64,000 bases of DNA, taken from Felis catus (taxonomy: Eukaryota). Shown one piece after another: positions 51,101 to 63,906 of the stretch (positions are counted from its first letter, which is position 1; every line of letters begins with the position of its first letter). Location: positions 206,648,001-206,712,000 of the forward strand of contig NC_058368.1 of NCBI RefSeq assembly GCF_018350175.1, written 5' to 3'. The notes below the pieces were generated by a model that was given only the letters and a program-made list of their open reading frames with translations, ran no database searches and was not told the origin of the DNA. Both the position numbers and the translations under genes were made by a program.

Positions 51101-51622
51101 TGCTTACAAGTGTTAATTGCTCTGGTAATTTGCAGCAAACCTGTAGAGTAGACAGCTAATCCACATTGTGGTTGCTATTCATATTTCCCTTCTACAGATG
51201 TGGGATTGAGGAAGATGAATTCCTGGAATTGCTTCAGCTCACAAAGTAGGTCAGTAAAACACGTGGAGTGGAACAAACTGTCCTTGCCTTCTCACTTCCT
51301 CCTTTCAGAAGGGCAGGGGATCTCTTATAAACTTTCAGATCTCTTTCTGACTGGGAATGCCAAAAGCTGGTAAATTACTCTGCCTCTTCCAGTTGTGAAA
51401 TGTATCGACAGCTACTTGCTGTTAATGATCTTTCTGAGAATTTCTTTCATGCTCTGGAATTTCAGCCCCCAGCAGTTCACATCTTGTTTACTTTCTTGAG
51501 TTTATCTTAGCACAGCCCCACAAATTAAGCTCCTAAAGAACAGGAAACTCAAGGAAATGACAATACAGATTAAAGGTATTTCCCAGAATTTCATATGCTA
51601 GTGGGCAAAGAGACTCAAGATT

Positions 51623-51742
51623 TTTTTTCTTTTAATGTTTATTTTTGGGAAAGAGAGGGAGACACAGAACCTGAAGCAGGCTCCAGGTTCTGAGGTGTGA
51701 ACACAGAGCCTGATGCTGGGCCTGAACTCACGGGGCGCGAGG
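51623..51742 (-). mobile_element. 5'-truncated Can-SINE
   Basis: Lacks the head; TSD tcaagatt (51615 / 51743). Confidence 0.88.
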
Positions 51743-52234
51743 TCAAGATTCTTTAATTATAGTATCTAGGAAGAGAATATCGTAGGGAACTAATTTTCCA
51801 GCTTCCACATTTATGAGAACCATTTAGCAGCAGCTTCACTGTGATTCCTACCCTCCAACACATCCTGGATCCCTCTGAATGCAGTCACTGTACTGGAACA
51901 TTCTGCTAGGCAATGCATTTTGATTAGTAACAAAGTTCTGTGAATAGTTTACTTGAAATTCAAATGCTGCTTTTGAAATAGTCTTTGCAGAAATGTAGAT
52001 TTAATACATCAGTATCTTCAAATGTTTGTACACAGACACCTGGCACCTAACTAATCAAAACCTGCACTGATAATTCCTTGCTCTCATACACCTGGCAGGT
52101 AGGTGGTTCTTCTCTGTTCTTCTAGTCAGGAGGCTAAAAACATATTGTTTACAAATTTTCCTTATCTCTCTGCCTTTCTAGGTAATCAATGACATACTCT
52201 GTTTTGTTGTTTCTGCCTTCCCAGTATTTCTCTA

Positions 52235-52550
52235 ATGCTGTATTTCCCAAATTGGATGCAGAGAATACTAGTATTCTGTCATGTTTATGGGCTTTTCATG
52301 GGATCAAATGAATTTGGAAGCAGTGAAACATGTTTCTTTATGGCAATACTTCTTAGGTCTTTTAGCTATGTGGGTGCATTTCATATGTTCAACAGGGGAA
52401 CATAATACATGACATTTCTAAAGTTTGTTAGATCAAAAACAATCTTCTTAATTCACCAATTATACAAATGTTAGTAATAACACTGATACTAATGAATAGT
52501 CAAAGATGTTCATTCATAAATACCAGTGTTCTAGTTAGGGGTATACTGTT
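52235..52550. mobile_element. Degenerate hAT-Charlie remnant
   Basis: ctgtatttcccaaa...aaacatgtttctttat...gacatttctaaagttt. Confidence 0.4.
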
Positions 52551-52625
52551 TGAATCCACCTTCTTGATTTCCTTGACATTCTTCTATTCAGATCCAATCA
52601 TCTTGCTCAAGATTCCTATAGTGGA

Positions 52626-52846
52626 AGGGTATGGGTCACCTGGATGGCTCAGTAGGTTAAGCATCCTACTTTTGATTTCAGCTCAGGTCATGATCCCACC
52701 CACCCTCATGAGACTGAGCCCTGTGAGAAGCCCTGCGTTGGGCTCCTTGCTGAGCATGGAACCTACTTGGGACTCTCTCTCTCTCCCTCCCTCCCTCCCT
52801 CCCTTCCTCTCTCCTTCTCACAAAACAAATAAATAAACATTTAAAA
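52626..52846 (+). mobile_element. Can-SINE
   Basis: Perfect 17-bp TSD aagattcctatagtgga (52609-52625 / 52847-52863). Confidence 0.95.
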
Positions 52847-53494
52847 AAGATTCCTATAGTGGACGATAATTTAACAGCTATCTTTCCAATCTCTCACTTC
52901 CAAATGTTGTTTTTTCACCATTAACACTGGTCTATTTCCAATTCATAGGTAAGATTATGCTACTTTCCTCCTGAAAACCATTTATTTTTTCCTAATATCT
53001 CCAGAATAAATTGTCTGTGTAATAAACTCTTTGGTATGGTGTTCAAAATCATTGATGATCAAGTCACAATATGCTTTCTATTTAATCTCCACAAATCTAT
53101 ATTCTTTACTGATGGTATTCTATTGCCTGGAACAAACTTCTGTTCATTTTAACATCCATTTCAAGCATTTGAAAACCTAAGTATTAGCTGGGACTAACCT
53201 GTTCCAATGTGACTTGACTTCTCCACCTGTAAGCATAGAAGATGACATTAATTTTGAAAATTCTGTCTTACTAGGTATATATTATAAAAAGAATACCAAA
53301 ATCAAGTACAAGAAAATAAAATACATAATCCTACCACCTCAAAATGACAAGTCAAAACTTGTCATATAACTTTATAATAAATGTCAATGTCTATGTCTAT
53401 GATTATTTCTATTTATATCTACACACACACACACACATACACACACAGAGATCATGCTATACTGTTTTTTTCCACTTAGTTGATAAATACTTTC

Positions 53495-54088
53495 TTTTTA
53501 AAAAATCTTTTTAAATCAAGGGATAATTGACATATACCCTTATATTGGTTTCAGGTGTACAACATGATTCTATATTTGTTCACACTGGAAAATGTTCATC
53601 ATAATGAGTCTAGTTAACATCTATTATCATAAATAGTTACAATATTTTTTTCCTTTTTTTTTCTTGTGAAAACTTTTGGGATCTACTCTCTTAGCAGTTT
53701 TTAAATAAGCAATATAGCATTATTCACTATAGTCAACATGATGCATATTATATCCCCATGACTTGTTTATTTTATAGCTGGGAGTTTGCACCTTTTGACG
53801 CTTTCACCCATTTTGCCCTCCCCCACATCCCCATCCTTCCTCAGTCACCAGTCTGTTCTCTGAATCTATGATCTTGGTTTTGCTTATTTGTTTTGTTTTT
53901 TGATTTCACATATAAGAGAGATCATATAGTGTTTATCTTTCTCTGTCTGACTTATTTCACTTAACATGATGCTCTCAGGATCCACCTATGTTGTCACAAA
54001 TGGCAAGTATTTATTTTTACGGCTGAATAGTATTCCAATGTTATTTACATATACCACATATTTATTCTTTTCTTCATCATTGGACACT
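53495..54088 (-). mobile_element. Older L1 3' end (L1MA9/L1_Carn-like)
   Basis: taattgacata...tttcaggtgtacaacat...atctactctcttagca...gtttgcaccttttgac...ctgacttatttcactta. Confidence 0.85.
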
Positions 54089-54409
54089 GATGAAAGCCAA
54101 AAATAGAATCCCAAAGGGAGATTGGAATATTGTGCTGAATTTAACAAAATGCATTTAAAAATTAAAAAAATTTTTTTTAATTTACATAGAATCCTTAATG
54201 CCCCTTACCCATTTAGCCCTTTCCCCCCTCCCACAACCCCTCCAGTAACCCTCTGTTTGTTCTCCATATTTAAGAGTCTCTTATCTTTTGTCCCCCTCTC
54301 ATTTTTATATTATTTTTGTTTCACTTCCCTTATGTTCATCTGTTTTGTACGAAACAGTACAAAATGAGTACTTTAAAGTCCTCATATAAATGAAGTCATG
54401 TGATATTTG

Positions 54410-54513
54410 TCTTCTCTGAGTGACTAATTTTACTTAGAATGATACCCTGTAGTTCCACACACATAGTTGCAAATGGCAAGATTTCGTTCTTTTTGATTGC
54501 CTAGTAATACTCC

Positions 54514-54562
<49 letters not shown>

Positions 54563-57500
54563 ACCACATCTTATTTATCCATTTATCTGTTGATGGACAT
54601 ATGGGCTTTTTCCATACTTTGACTCTTGTTGATAGTGCTGCTATAAACATTGGGGTGCACGTCCCCCTTCAAAACAGCATGCCTGTATCCCTTGGATAAA
54701 TACCTAGTAGTGCAATTGCTGGGTCGTAGGGTAGCTCTATTTTTAATTTTTTAAGGAACTTCCATACTTTTTCCAGAGTGGCTGCACCAGTTTGCATTCC
54801 CACCAGCAATGCAAAAGAGATCCTCTTTTTCTGCATCCTCGCCAACATCTGTTGTTGCTTGAGTTGTTAATGTTAGCCATTCTGACAGGTGTGAGGTGGT
54901 ATCTCATTGTGGTTTTGATTTGTATTTCCCTGATGATGAGTGATGTTGAGCATTTTTTCACATGTTGGTTGGCCATCTGGATGTCTTCTTTGGGGAAGTG
55001 TCTATTCATGTCTTTTGCCCATTTCTTCACTGGATTATTTTTTTTTTTGGGCATTGAGTTTGAGGAGTTCTTTATAGATTTTGGATATTAACCCTTTACC
55101 TGATATGTCATTTGCAAATATCTTCTCCCATTCTGTTGGTTTCCTTTTAGTCTTGCTGATTGTTTTCTTCACTGTGCAGAAAAGCTTTCTATTTTGATGA
55201 GGTCCCAGTAGTTCATTTTTGCTTTTGTTTCCCTTGCCTCCGGAGACGTGTTGAGTAAGAAGTTGCTGTGGCCAAGGTCAAAAGAGGTTTTTGCCTGCTT
55301 TCTCCTCGAGGATTTTGATGGCTTCCTGTCTTACATTGAGGTCTTCCATCCATTTTGAGTTTATTTTTGTGTATGGTGTCAGAAAGTGGTCCAGGTTCAT
55401 TCTTCTGCATGTCGCTGTCCAGTTTTCCCAGCACCACCTGCTGAAGAAACTGTCTTTATTTCATTGGATATTCTTTCCTGCTTTGTCAAAGATGAGTTGG
55501 CCATATGTTTGTGGGTCCATTTCTGGGTTCTCTTTTTCTGTTCCATTAATTGATCTGAGTGTCTGTTCTTGTGCCAGTACCATACTGTCTTAATGATTAC
55601 ACTTTGGAATACAGCTTGAAGTCCGGGATTGTGATGCCTCCTGCTGTGGTTTTCTTTTTCAAGTTTGATTTGGCTATACAGGGTCTTTTCTGGTTCCATA
55701 CAAATTTTAGGATTGTTTGCTCTAGCTCTGTGAAGCATGCTGGTATTATTTTGATAGGGATTGCATTGAATATGTAGATTGCTTTTGGGTAGTATTGACA
55801 TTTTAACAATATTTGTTCTTCCTATCCAGGAGCATGGAATCTTTCTCCATTTGTTTGTGTCTTCTTCAATTTCTTTCATAAGTTTTTTGTAGTTTTCAGT
55901 GTATAGGTTTTTCACCTCTTTTAGTTAGATTTATTCCCAGATATTTTATGGTTTTCGATGCAAATATAAATGGGATTGATTACTTGATTTCTCTTTCTAT
56001 TGATTCATTATTGGTGAATAGAAATGCAACTGATTTCTGTGCATTGATTTTATATCCTGCAACTTTGCTGAATCATGAATCAATTCTAGCAGTTTTTTGG
56101 TGGAATCTTTTGGGTTTTCCATATAGTGTATTATGTCATCTACGAAGAGTGAATGTTTGACCTCCTCCTGACCGATTTGGATGCCTTTTATTTCTTTGTG
56201 TTATCTGATTGCGGAGGCTAAGACTTCCAATACTATGTTGAATAACAGTGGCGAGAGTGGACATCCCTGTCTTGTTCCTGATTTTAGGGGGAAAGCTCTC
56301 AGTTTTTCCCCATTGAGGATGATATTAGCATTGGGTCTTTCATATACTGCTTTTATGATCTCGAAGTATGCTCCTTCTATCCCTACTTTCTTGAGGGTTT
56401 TTATCAAGAAAGGATGCTGTATTTTGTCAAGTGTTTTCTCTGCATCTATTGAGAGGACCATGTGGTTCATGTCCTTTATTTTATTGATGTGATGTATCAC
56501 ATTGATTGTTTTGTGGATATTGAACCAGCCCTGCATCCCAGATATAAATCCCAGTTGGTCATGGTGAATAATTTTTTTAATGTATTGTTGGATCTGGTTG
56601 GCTAATACCTTGTTGAGGATTTTTGCATCCATGTTCATCAGGGAAATTGGTCTATAGTTCTCCTTTTTAGTGGGGTCTTTGTCTGGTTTTGGAATCAAGG
56701 TAATGCTGGCTTCATAGAAAGAGTTTGGAAGTTTTCCTTCCATTTCTATTTTTTGGAGCAGTTTCAAGAGAATAGGTGTCAACACTTCCTTAAATGTTTG
56801 GTAGAATTCCCCTGGAAAGCTGTCTGGCCCTGGACTCCTGTTTGTTGGCAGATTTTTGATTACTAATTCGATTTCCTTACTGGTATGGGTCTGTGCAAAT
56901 TTTCTATTTCTTCCTGTTTCAGTTTCGGTAGTGTACATGTTTCTAGGAATTTGTCCATTTTTCCAGATTGCCCATTGTATTGGCGCATAATTGCTCATAA
57001 TATTCTTATTATTGTTTTTATTTCGGCTGTGTTGGTTGTGATCTCTCCTCTTTCATTCTTGATTTATTTATTTGGGTCCTTTCCTTTTTGTTTTTGATCA
57101 CACTGGCTAGTGGTTCATCATTTTTGTTAATTCTTTCAAAAAACCAGCTTCTGGTTTCATTGATCTATAGTACTGTGTTTTTTTGGTTTCAGTAGCATTG
57201 ATTTCTGCTCTAGTCTTTATTATTTCCTGTCTTCTGCTGGTTTTTGGCTTTATTTGCTGTTCTTTTTCCAGGTCTTTAAGGTGTAAGGTTAGTTTGTGTA
57301 TCTGAGACCTTTCTTCCTTCTTCAGGAAGGCCTGGATTGCTATACATTTCTTTCTTATGACTGCCTTTGCTGAGGCCCAGAGGTATTGGGCTGTGGTGTT
57401 ATCATTTTCATTGGCTTATGTGTATTTTTTGATTTTCTCTTTAACTCCTTGGTTAGCCCATTCATTCGTTAGTATGATGTTCTTTACTCTCCAAATATTT

Positions 57501-58236
57501 GTTATCTTTCCAAATTTTTTCTCATGGTTGATTTTGAGTTTCATAGCATTGTGGTCTGAAAATGTGCATGGTATGATCTCAATCTTTTGTACTTGCTGAG
57601 GGATGATTTATGTCCCGGTGTGATCTATTCTGGAGAACATTCCATGTGCACTGGAGAAGAATGTATATTCCGCTGCTTTAGGATAAAGTGTTCTGAATAT
57701 ATCTGTTAGGTCCATCTGGCCCAGTGTGTCATTCAAAGCCATTGTTTCCTTCTTGATTTTCTGTTTAGATGATCTGTACATTGCTGTAAGTGGGGTGTTG
57801 AAGTCCCCTACTATTATGGTATTATTATCAATGAGATTCCTTAGGTTTGTGATTAATTGATTTATATATTTGGGTGGTTCCACATTTGAAGTATAAATGT
57901 TTACAGTTGTTAGGTCTTCTTGGTGGATAGACCCCTTAATTATGATATAATGCCCTTCTTCTTCTCTTGATACAGTCTTTATTTTCAAGTCTAGATTGTC
58001 TGATATAAGTATGGCTACTCTGGCTTTTTTTTTTGATGACTATTAGCATTATAGATGGTTCCCCATCCCCTTACTTTCAATCTGAAGGTGTCTTTAAGTC
58101 TATAAAGTGGGTCTCTTGTAAGCAGCATATAGATGAATCTTGTTTTCTTATCCATTCTGTTACCCTGTGTCTTTTGATTGGAGCATTTAGTCCATTGATG
58201 TTTAGAGTGCGTACTGAAAAATGAGTTTATTGCCAT
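54410..58236 (-). pseudogene. ORF2: L1 ORF2 (endonuclease/reverse transcriptase), frameshifted
   Basis: EN fragment IIVGDFNTPL...YTFFSSAHG (57608..57988); RT fragment [19 protein letters not shown]...[21 protein letters not shown] (56201..56998, ends in a premature stop); FVDD in place of FADD at 56135-56146; C-terminal CWRGC...HCWWEC. Confidence 0.95.
54516..54560. repeat. (TG)n microsatellite inside L1 ORF2 3' end
   Basis: About 22 units seen directly. Confidence 0.95.
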
Positions 58237-58289
58237 TATCAGGCTTGTAGAGTTGGAGTTTCTGGTGGTGTTCTCTGGTTCCTTCTAGT

Positions 58290-59207
58290 CTTTGTCACTT
58301 TTGGTCTTTTTTTATCATCTTTTCTCCCCTCAGAGAGTCCTCCTTAAAATTTCTTGCAGGGCTCGTTTAATGGTCACAAACTCCTTTAATTTTTGTTGTC
58401 TGGGAAAATTTTCTCTCTCCTATTTTGAATGGCAGCCTTGCAGGATAAAGAATTCTTGGCTGCATATTTTTCTGATTCAGCACATTGAATGTATCCTGCC
58501 ACTCCTTTCTGGCCTGCCAAGTTTCTGTGGATAGGTCTGCTGCAAACCTGATCTGTCTTCCCTTGTAGGTTAAGAATGTTTTCCCCTTTGCTGCTTTCAT
58601 GATTCTCTCCTTGCCTGAGTATTTTGTGAATTTGACTGTGATATGCCTTGTTGATGGTTGGTTTTTGTTGAATGGAACGGGGGTCCTCTGTGCTTCCTGG
58701 ATTTTGATGTGTGTGTCTTTCTCCAGGTTAGGAAAGTTTTCTGCTATGATTTGCTCACATAACCCTTCTACCCCTTTTTCTCTCTCTTCATCTTCTGGGA
58801 CCCCTATGATTCTGATGTTGTTCCTTTTTAATGAATCACTGGCATCTCTAATTCTTAAATCGTGCTCTTTTGCCTTAGTCTCCCTCTTTTTTTCTGCTTC
58901 ATTATTCTCCATAAGTTTGTCCTCTGTATCGCTGACTTGCTGCTCTGCCTCATCCATTCTTGCTGCCATGGCATCCATTAGAGATTGCAGCGCAGTTATA
59001 GCATTTTTTATTTCATCCTGACTAGCTTTTACTTTTCTTTATCTCCACAGAAAGGGATTCTAATCTATTTTAGACCCCACTTAGTATTCTTATTATTGTG
59101 ATTCTAAATTCTGGTTCAGACATCTTGCATGTTTTTGTGTTGATTAAGTCCCTGGGTGTCATCTTTACCTGCTCTTTCTTTTGGGGTGAATTCCTTCATT
59201 TTGCCAT
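58290..59207 (-). pseudogene. ORF1: L1 ORF1, disrupted
   Basis: ATG at 59207 gives MAK*RNSPQKKEQ; ORF 58367..58978 reads LKRNNIRIIGVPEDEE...ENFPNL...IQEAQRTP...ADLSTETWQARKEW...PRILYPARL. Confidence 0.93.
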
Positions 59208-59774
59208 TTGAAGGAAGAAAAGGAATTAATAAGGTAAAAAAAAATTTAATTAAAAAATTAAAAATAACATACACACACAAAATCAAATAAATGTTGTTAG
59301 ATACTAGATGTATTTTGGTCTGGGTGTTGAAATGAGCTTGACAGATTAGGAAAAAAACGGAAAAAAGAAAAAACAAAGGAAAACGTTGGAAAATTTGGAA
59401 AAAAATGAATACCCTGAAATAGAATAAAATGAAATGATGGAAGTTAAATAGAATTTGAAAAATTTACAAAAAAGTAAAAAATATAGTAGAAAAAGGTAAA
59501 GAAAAATATTTTTAATAAGTATTGTAAATAAAAATAAAATTTTTCTATTCCTTTATTCAAGAAAAAGAAAAGAAACAAAAAGAAAAAAAAAAGAAATTGA
59601 ATAGATGGACCAGCAAACAGACTGAAATACGATTTAAATTGCATCGTTTTCCCCTAGAAGTCAAACTATGAAGCAGTTTATAGTCCATAAACTAAGTAGG
59701 CGGTGAGACTTGTGGTGTTCCTGATGAGCGAGGTTGTCCCAGTTGGGTGGGACTTAGTGTGACGTCCGCATTCT

Positions 59775-59788
59775 CCAGTAGATGGCGC
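59775..59788 (+). promoter_or_regulatory. CTCF consensus motif in L1 5'UTR
   Basis: CCAGTAGATGGCGC fits the CCASYAGRKGGCRS core; binding not demonstrated. Confidence 0.5.
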
Positions 59789-61499
59789 TGCTTAGTTTAG
59801 TGGGGTGGATTGTTGTGCCGTCTGTAGGTGTCTATGCACATGAATGTGACGGGTGAAAATGGTGTTACCCAGCTACCCAGTGTCTAGTATTGGAACTCTG
59901 TTCTCCCCGATCAGCAATCACCCACCTGTCCTTTGTCTCTGACTTCCATCCACTCCCTGCTTTTACACTGTCTGTGACCAAGTTGTCAGGTTACTAGATG
60001 GCACATCCCTCCTGAGTTTTATCTCAGGTGCAGTTGTGTTTCCTGACCCCTCACTTCTGAGGGACTGGGACTTTGACCCGCTCAGGGCCTCTGGGGGAGG
60101 GTCTCACTGAGCAATGTCCAGGTGCTAGCCGTGCCCAGGAACATTTGCAGGATTGTGCTGCTGCTGATGCCCAGAGACTTTGGCTGGGTGCCAGCCCTCC
60201 CCAGAAAAAGTTCACGTGATCCTGTAGCAGCAGTGTTTCAGGGATTATGGAAAAGCACAACACACATTTGGCACCAGGCTTCACCCTTAACGACGTTGTT
60301 CCAGCACCAGTGAATGTGGTTGTTCTCTGGGGTCTGCTGGGACTGGGTGGCCACACAGCTTCTACTAAATGTCCTTCCAGCAGGGGAACCGCCCCTCCCC
60401 ATGTGACCTAAGAACCTCTCAGACCCCACTCTGCTCCTGGGGATTTGCACTTCCCATCAGAGCACTGCCAGGTATTGAGCTGCAGAGTTTCAGACTCTGC
60501 ACTCCCTCTGTTTATAGAGTCTTAATGGAGTTTAAACCCTCTCCTTTCTCCTTTCTCCCTTTTTAGTTCAGTCCCTGCAGCTGTTTCCACTTTTCCACTT
60601 TCTCTCCAGCTGGTTTTGGAGGGGGTGCTTTTCCCATACTCTCCCCCCATCTCCGTCCTCTCTCTGCAAGCAAAAACAGCTCTCTGACCTCCGTGGCTTA
60701 TCTCTCCCTCAGTTCACCTCTCCATGCTGCCATGTACCTGCTGAGTTCTGTGGTTCAGGTTGTGCAGATTGTTGTATTAATCCTCAAATCAGTTTTCTAG
60801 GTGTGTAGAATGGTTTAGTGTTGATCTGGCTGTATTTCATTGACACAAGATGCAAAGAAAACTTCCATGCTGTACCATCATCTTGGCTCCTCCCCCAAAA
60901 TGCATTTGGAAATCAATAAATATAAATTTCTGCCATGAGTTAACATGCACAGAGGAGTGGTGGCTTTGTAACAATATGTATAGAAAAGACTTAAAGATTT
61001 CAGTTCCTAGGAAGCCATGTGTGTTTAAAAATATAGTCTTAAGTGACTATCCAACAGTTAATAGGATTTTATCATTACTGAAAATAAAGTATCTAATAAA
61101 TAGAAATGTTTGCCTCATTCTAGTTTGCTTTGTCAAAACATACATTCAGGGATGTTTCAATTCTGGACCCCAGCACTTTAAGAGATATGAACCAAATTAG
61201 ACTGTGTTCACAGGAAGGCAATGATTGGTGGAGAAACAACAGGGAAAAGAAGACTCAGGGGAACATGAAAGTGCCTTCTTGTTTTAAGGGGCTGTCATGC
61301 AAAAGAGATGTTAGGCTTGCTTTGGGCCTTCTCAAAAATTAGAAATTAAATATGTGAAAAATGCAGAAACTCAGCCTTTTGGTCTAAGATACAAAATGTA
61401 CCATTAAAATGTAACCATGCAGTTTATATTAATATGATGAATCTTATGTTTTGCTTTCTGTCAAATACCAAAACCAAATGACACATTTCTTCTCCTAAA

Positions 61500-63740
61500 A
61501 TCTTGAAGGTGTAATATTACAAAATATTTTCTGCATTTATTGATTTTTAAAAATTTATATCTGAAACTTATATACAATTTTTCAAAATGATTTTACCAAT
61601 TTACACTCCCATCTGCTGTGTAAGCACATTCTTTTAGCTCCATATCATTGCCCAAATTTGATATTGATAGTCTTTGTTTTTAGCCATTCAGGAAGGTATG
61701 CATTGGTATCTAAAAGTGGCTATAATTTGCATTTTTTTGAGTTTCTTTTTGTGTGTTTATTGCCTATTTGGATTTTCTAATTTTTGAAGGGCCCACTGAA
61801 ATCTTTTCCTCATTTTTCTTAATGGTGATGTTTTTCTTATTAACTTGAAGTAGTTCTTTATATATTCTGGAGATGAGCTCTTTGTCAGTTATTAAATTGA
61901 AATACCATTTCTGATTCTGTGACTTTCCTTTTTACTCTTTTTATGCCATCTTTCCAGGAATAGCAGTTCTAAAATTTAGTGTTATAGTACCAATCATCTC
62001 CTTTAAGAACAGAGTTATCTATTTAAGAAATATTTGCCTATTCCAAAGTCACAAATATATTTCATACAAAAATTTTTAGAGCCTCTGTTATTTTATCTTT
62101 CACATTTAGAACTTTCCATATTTATTCCACCTGGAACTGATTTTTGTGTATGATATTAGAAAGGGATCAAAATTTATTTTTTTTCCATATGGGTATCCAA
62201 TTCACCCAATAGTCATTGAAAAGATGATCTTTTCTCCAATACTCTGCAAGTGTGTTCATTACAAATCAAGTGTTAAATAATGTGTGACTCCTATTTCTGG
62301 GCATTGTATTATGTTTCCTAATACTATTGCCTGTCTTCGGCTAATAACACACAGTCTTAATTACTGTGGCTTTATCATTATATCAATATTTGGTAGAGCA
62401 AGCCGCCCATCTTTTTCTTCTTCAAGATTATTCTGGGCTATTGCATTTCCATATACATTTTAGAATCAGCTTGTTAAATTTTTCAGGAAAAAACTGTTGG
62501 AAACTTGATTAACATTGCAACGAATCTATAAATCCAATGAAAACAACTGGTATCTTTCAATTTTAAGTTATTTCATCCATGAAAATAATGTATCGGTTTA
62601 TTTGCTATTAATGTCTCATTATTTTATAGTTTTCTGCCTAGAAATCTGGGAAGGAAGGACTTAAAGCAGTGACCTATGATTTATTTATTTCCCTCCGATT
62701 ACTGACCTGTTCTATTCTCCTTATAAACATAATAAGTACACCTCCAGGCAAATAGAATAACATCAGTTGCTAAGAGTCCTTATCTGTGGAATGATTTGAG
62801 GGGGATGTCCCTAGTTTAGGATTGCCTATTGTAAACAAAACTGCAATTTATGGTTTTATGAGATGTAGCTCCTTGGAGAATGTCACATAAGCTATAAAAC
62901 TCTCTGGGTTATAAAATGAGATGTTTCGTAACTTAAAATTTCCCCAGTGTATGAAGTGACTTACATGTCTCATTAGAGACCTCATCTATTATTCAGGACC
63001 AGAGAGTTCCTGTCTGAGGCAGGAAGGAAGGACTAAGGGCTACATAGGATGTTTCAGATGTTTCAGATCTTTTTCCAGCTTTGCTGGTGCCTCTTGATTG
63101 CCTGTATGGTTGGCAGCATTAGTAAAGCTTACTAAAGAGCTAGAGTTCTGATTTTGATTTGACACTCACATACTTTGTATTATGTCATGATTGTATACAT
63201 ATTTTGTTAGTTTATTCCTAGGTACATGGTATTTTCATACTATTTTACAGGAAATTTTTAAATTCTTATTTTCTGTTTGTTGTTGGTACATAGAATTATA
63301 GTTGATTTAATTTGTATCCACCAACCATCAAAGTTTTAATTTTTAATTATAATGATTTACTGTATACTCTTTGGATTTTCTACATATACAGCCATGTTAT
63401 TTTTAGATTTTGACAGTTTTATTTCTTACTTTCCATTATTTATATTCCTTTTAATTTCTTTTTTATGTTTTTTTGCACTAATTATGAACATTTGGAGGTT
63501 TTTGCACATTGTTATGAGCTCCCCAATTTTAGAAGAAAAGCATTAAATATTTTACCTTTAATTAGGATGTTAGCTGCAGGTTCTTTTACAATATTCTGTA
63601 TCAAATTAATAAAGGTCTCCTCTATTTTTAGTTTGCTAGTAGTTCAGTTCTTAAAATCATAAATATGTCCAAAATTTTATCAAACATTTTATAACTAATG
63701 AAATGATTTTTTCCCTTATTCTATTATTGATATTTTGGAT
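61500..63740 (-). mobile_element. Ancient L1M ORF2 fragment, interrupted by an LTR-like insert
   Basis: taccaatttacactccca...ttttagccattc...ccacctggaactgatttttgtgtatg...cattttagaatcagcttg...ttgtatcca. Confidence 0.85.
62647..63170 (+). mobile_element. Putative solo LTR, family not recognised
   Basis: 524-bp non-L1 block with TG...CA ends, TATAAAA at ~62893 and AGTAAA at 63121; host L1 resumes on both sides. Confidence 0.55.
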
Positions 63741-63853
63741 ATTGATAATGAAAATTAGATTTTTTTTTAAAAAAACTTTTCAATGGCACTATAATTTCAA
63801 CCAGAAAAGTATAGCATTAGAAGAATCAGAAGACCAGTAGAGTTCCAGAACTG

Positions 63854-63854
<1 letters not shown>

Positions 63855-63888
<34 letters not shown>

Positions 63889-63906
63889 GTGATGATGGTG
63901 ATGATG
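63855..63906. repeat. (GAT)n microsatellite
   Basis: Seen directly, with GGT variants. Confidence 0.95.

Larger units (their letters stand above)
54157..60896 (-). mobile_element. Full-length (~6.7 kb) feliform LINE-1, inactive
   Basis: 5' end GGGGGAGGAGCCAAGATG at 60896; ~1.7 kb 5'UTR, ORF1, ORF2, 3'UTR and A tail; TSD caaaatgcattt (54145-54156 / 60896-60907). Confidence 0.97.

Noticed and set aside
51198..51245. 48-nt open candidate exon (CGIEEDEFLELLQLT)
   Set aside because: Sits in a MIR-core-like sequence (ttctacagatgtggg...), a common source of spurious acceptors; no recognisable protein.
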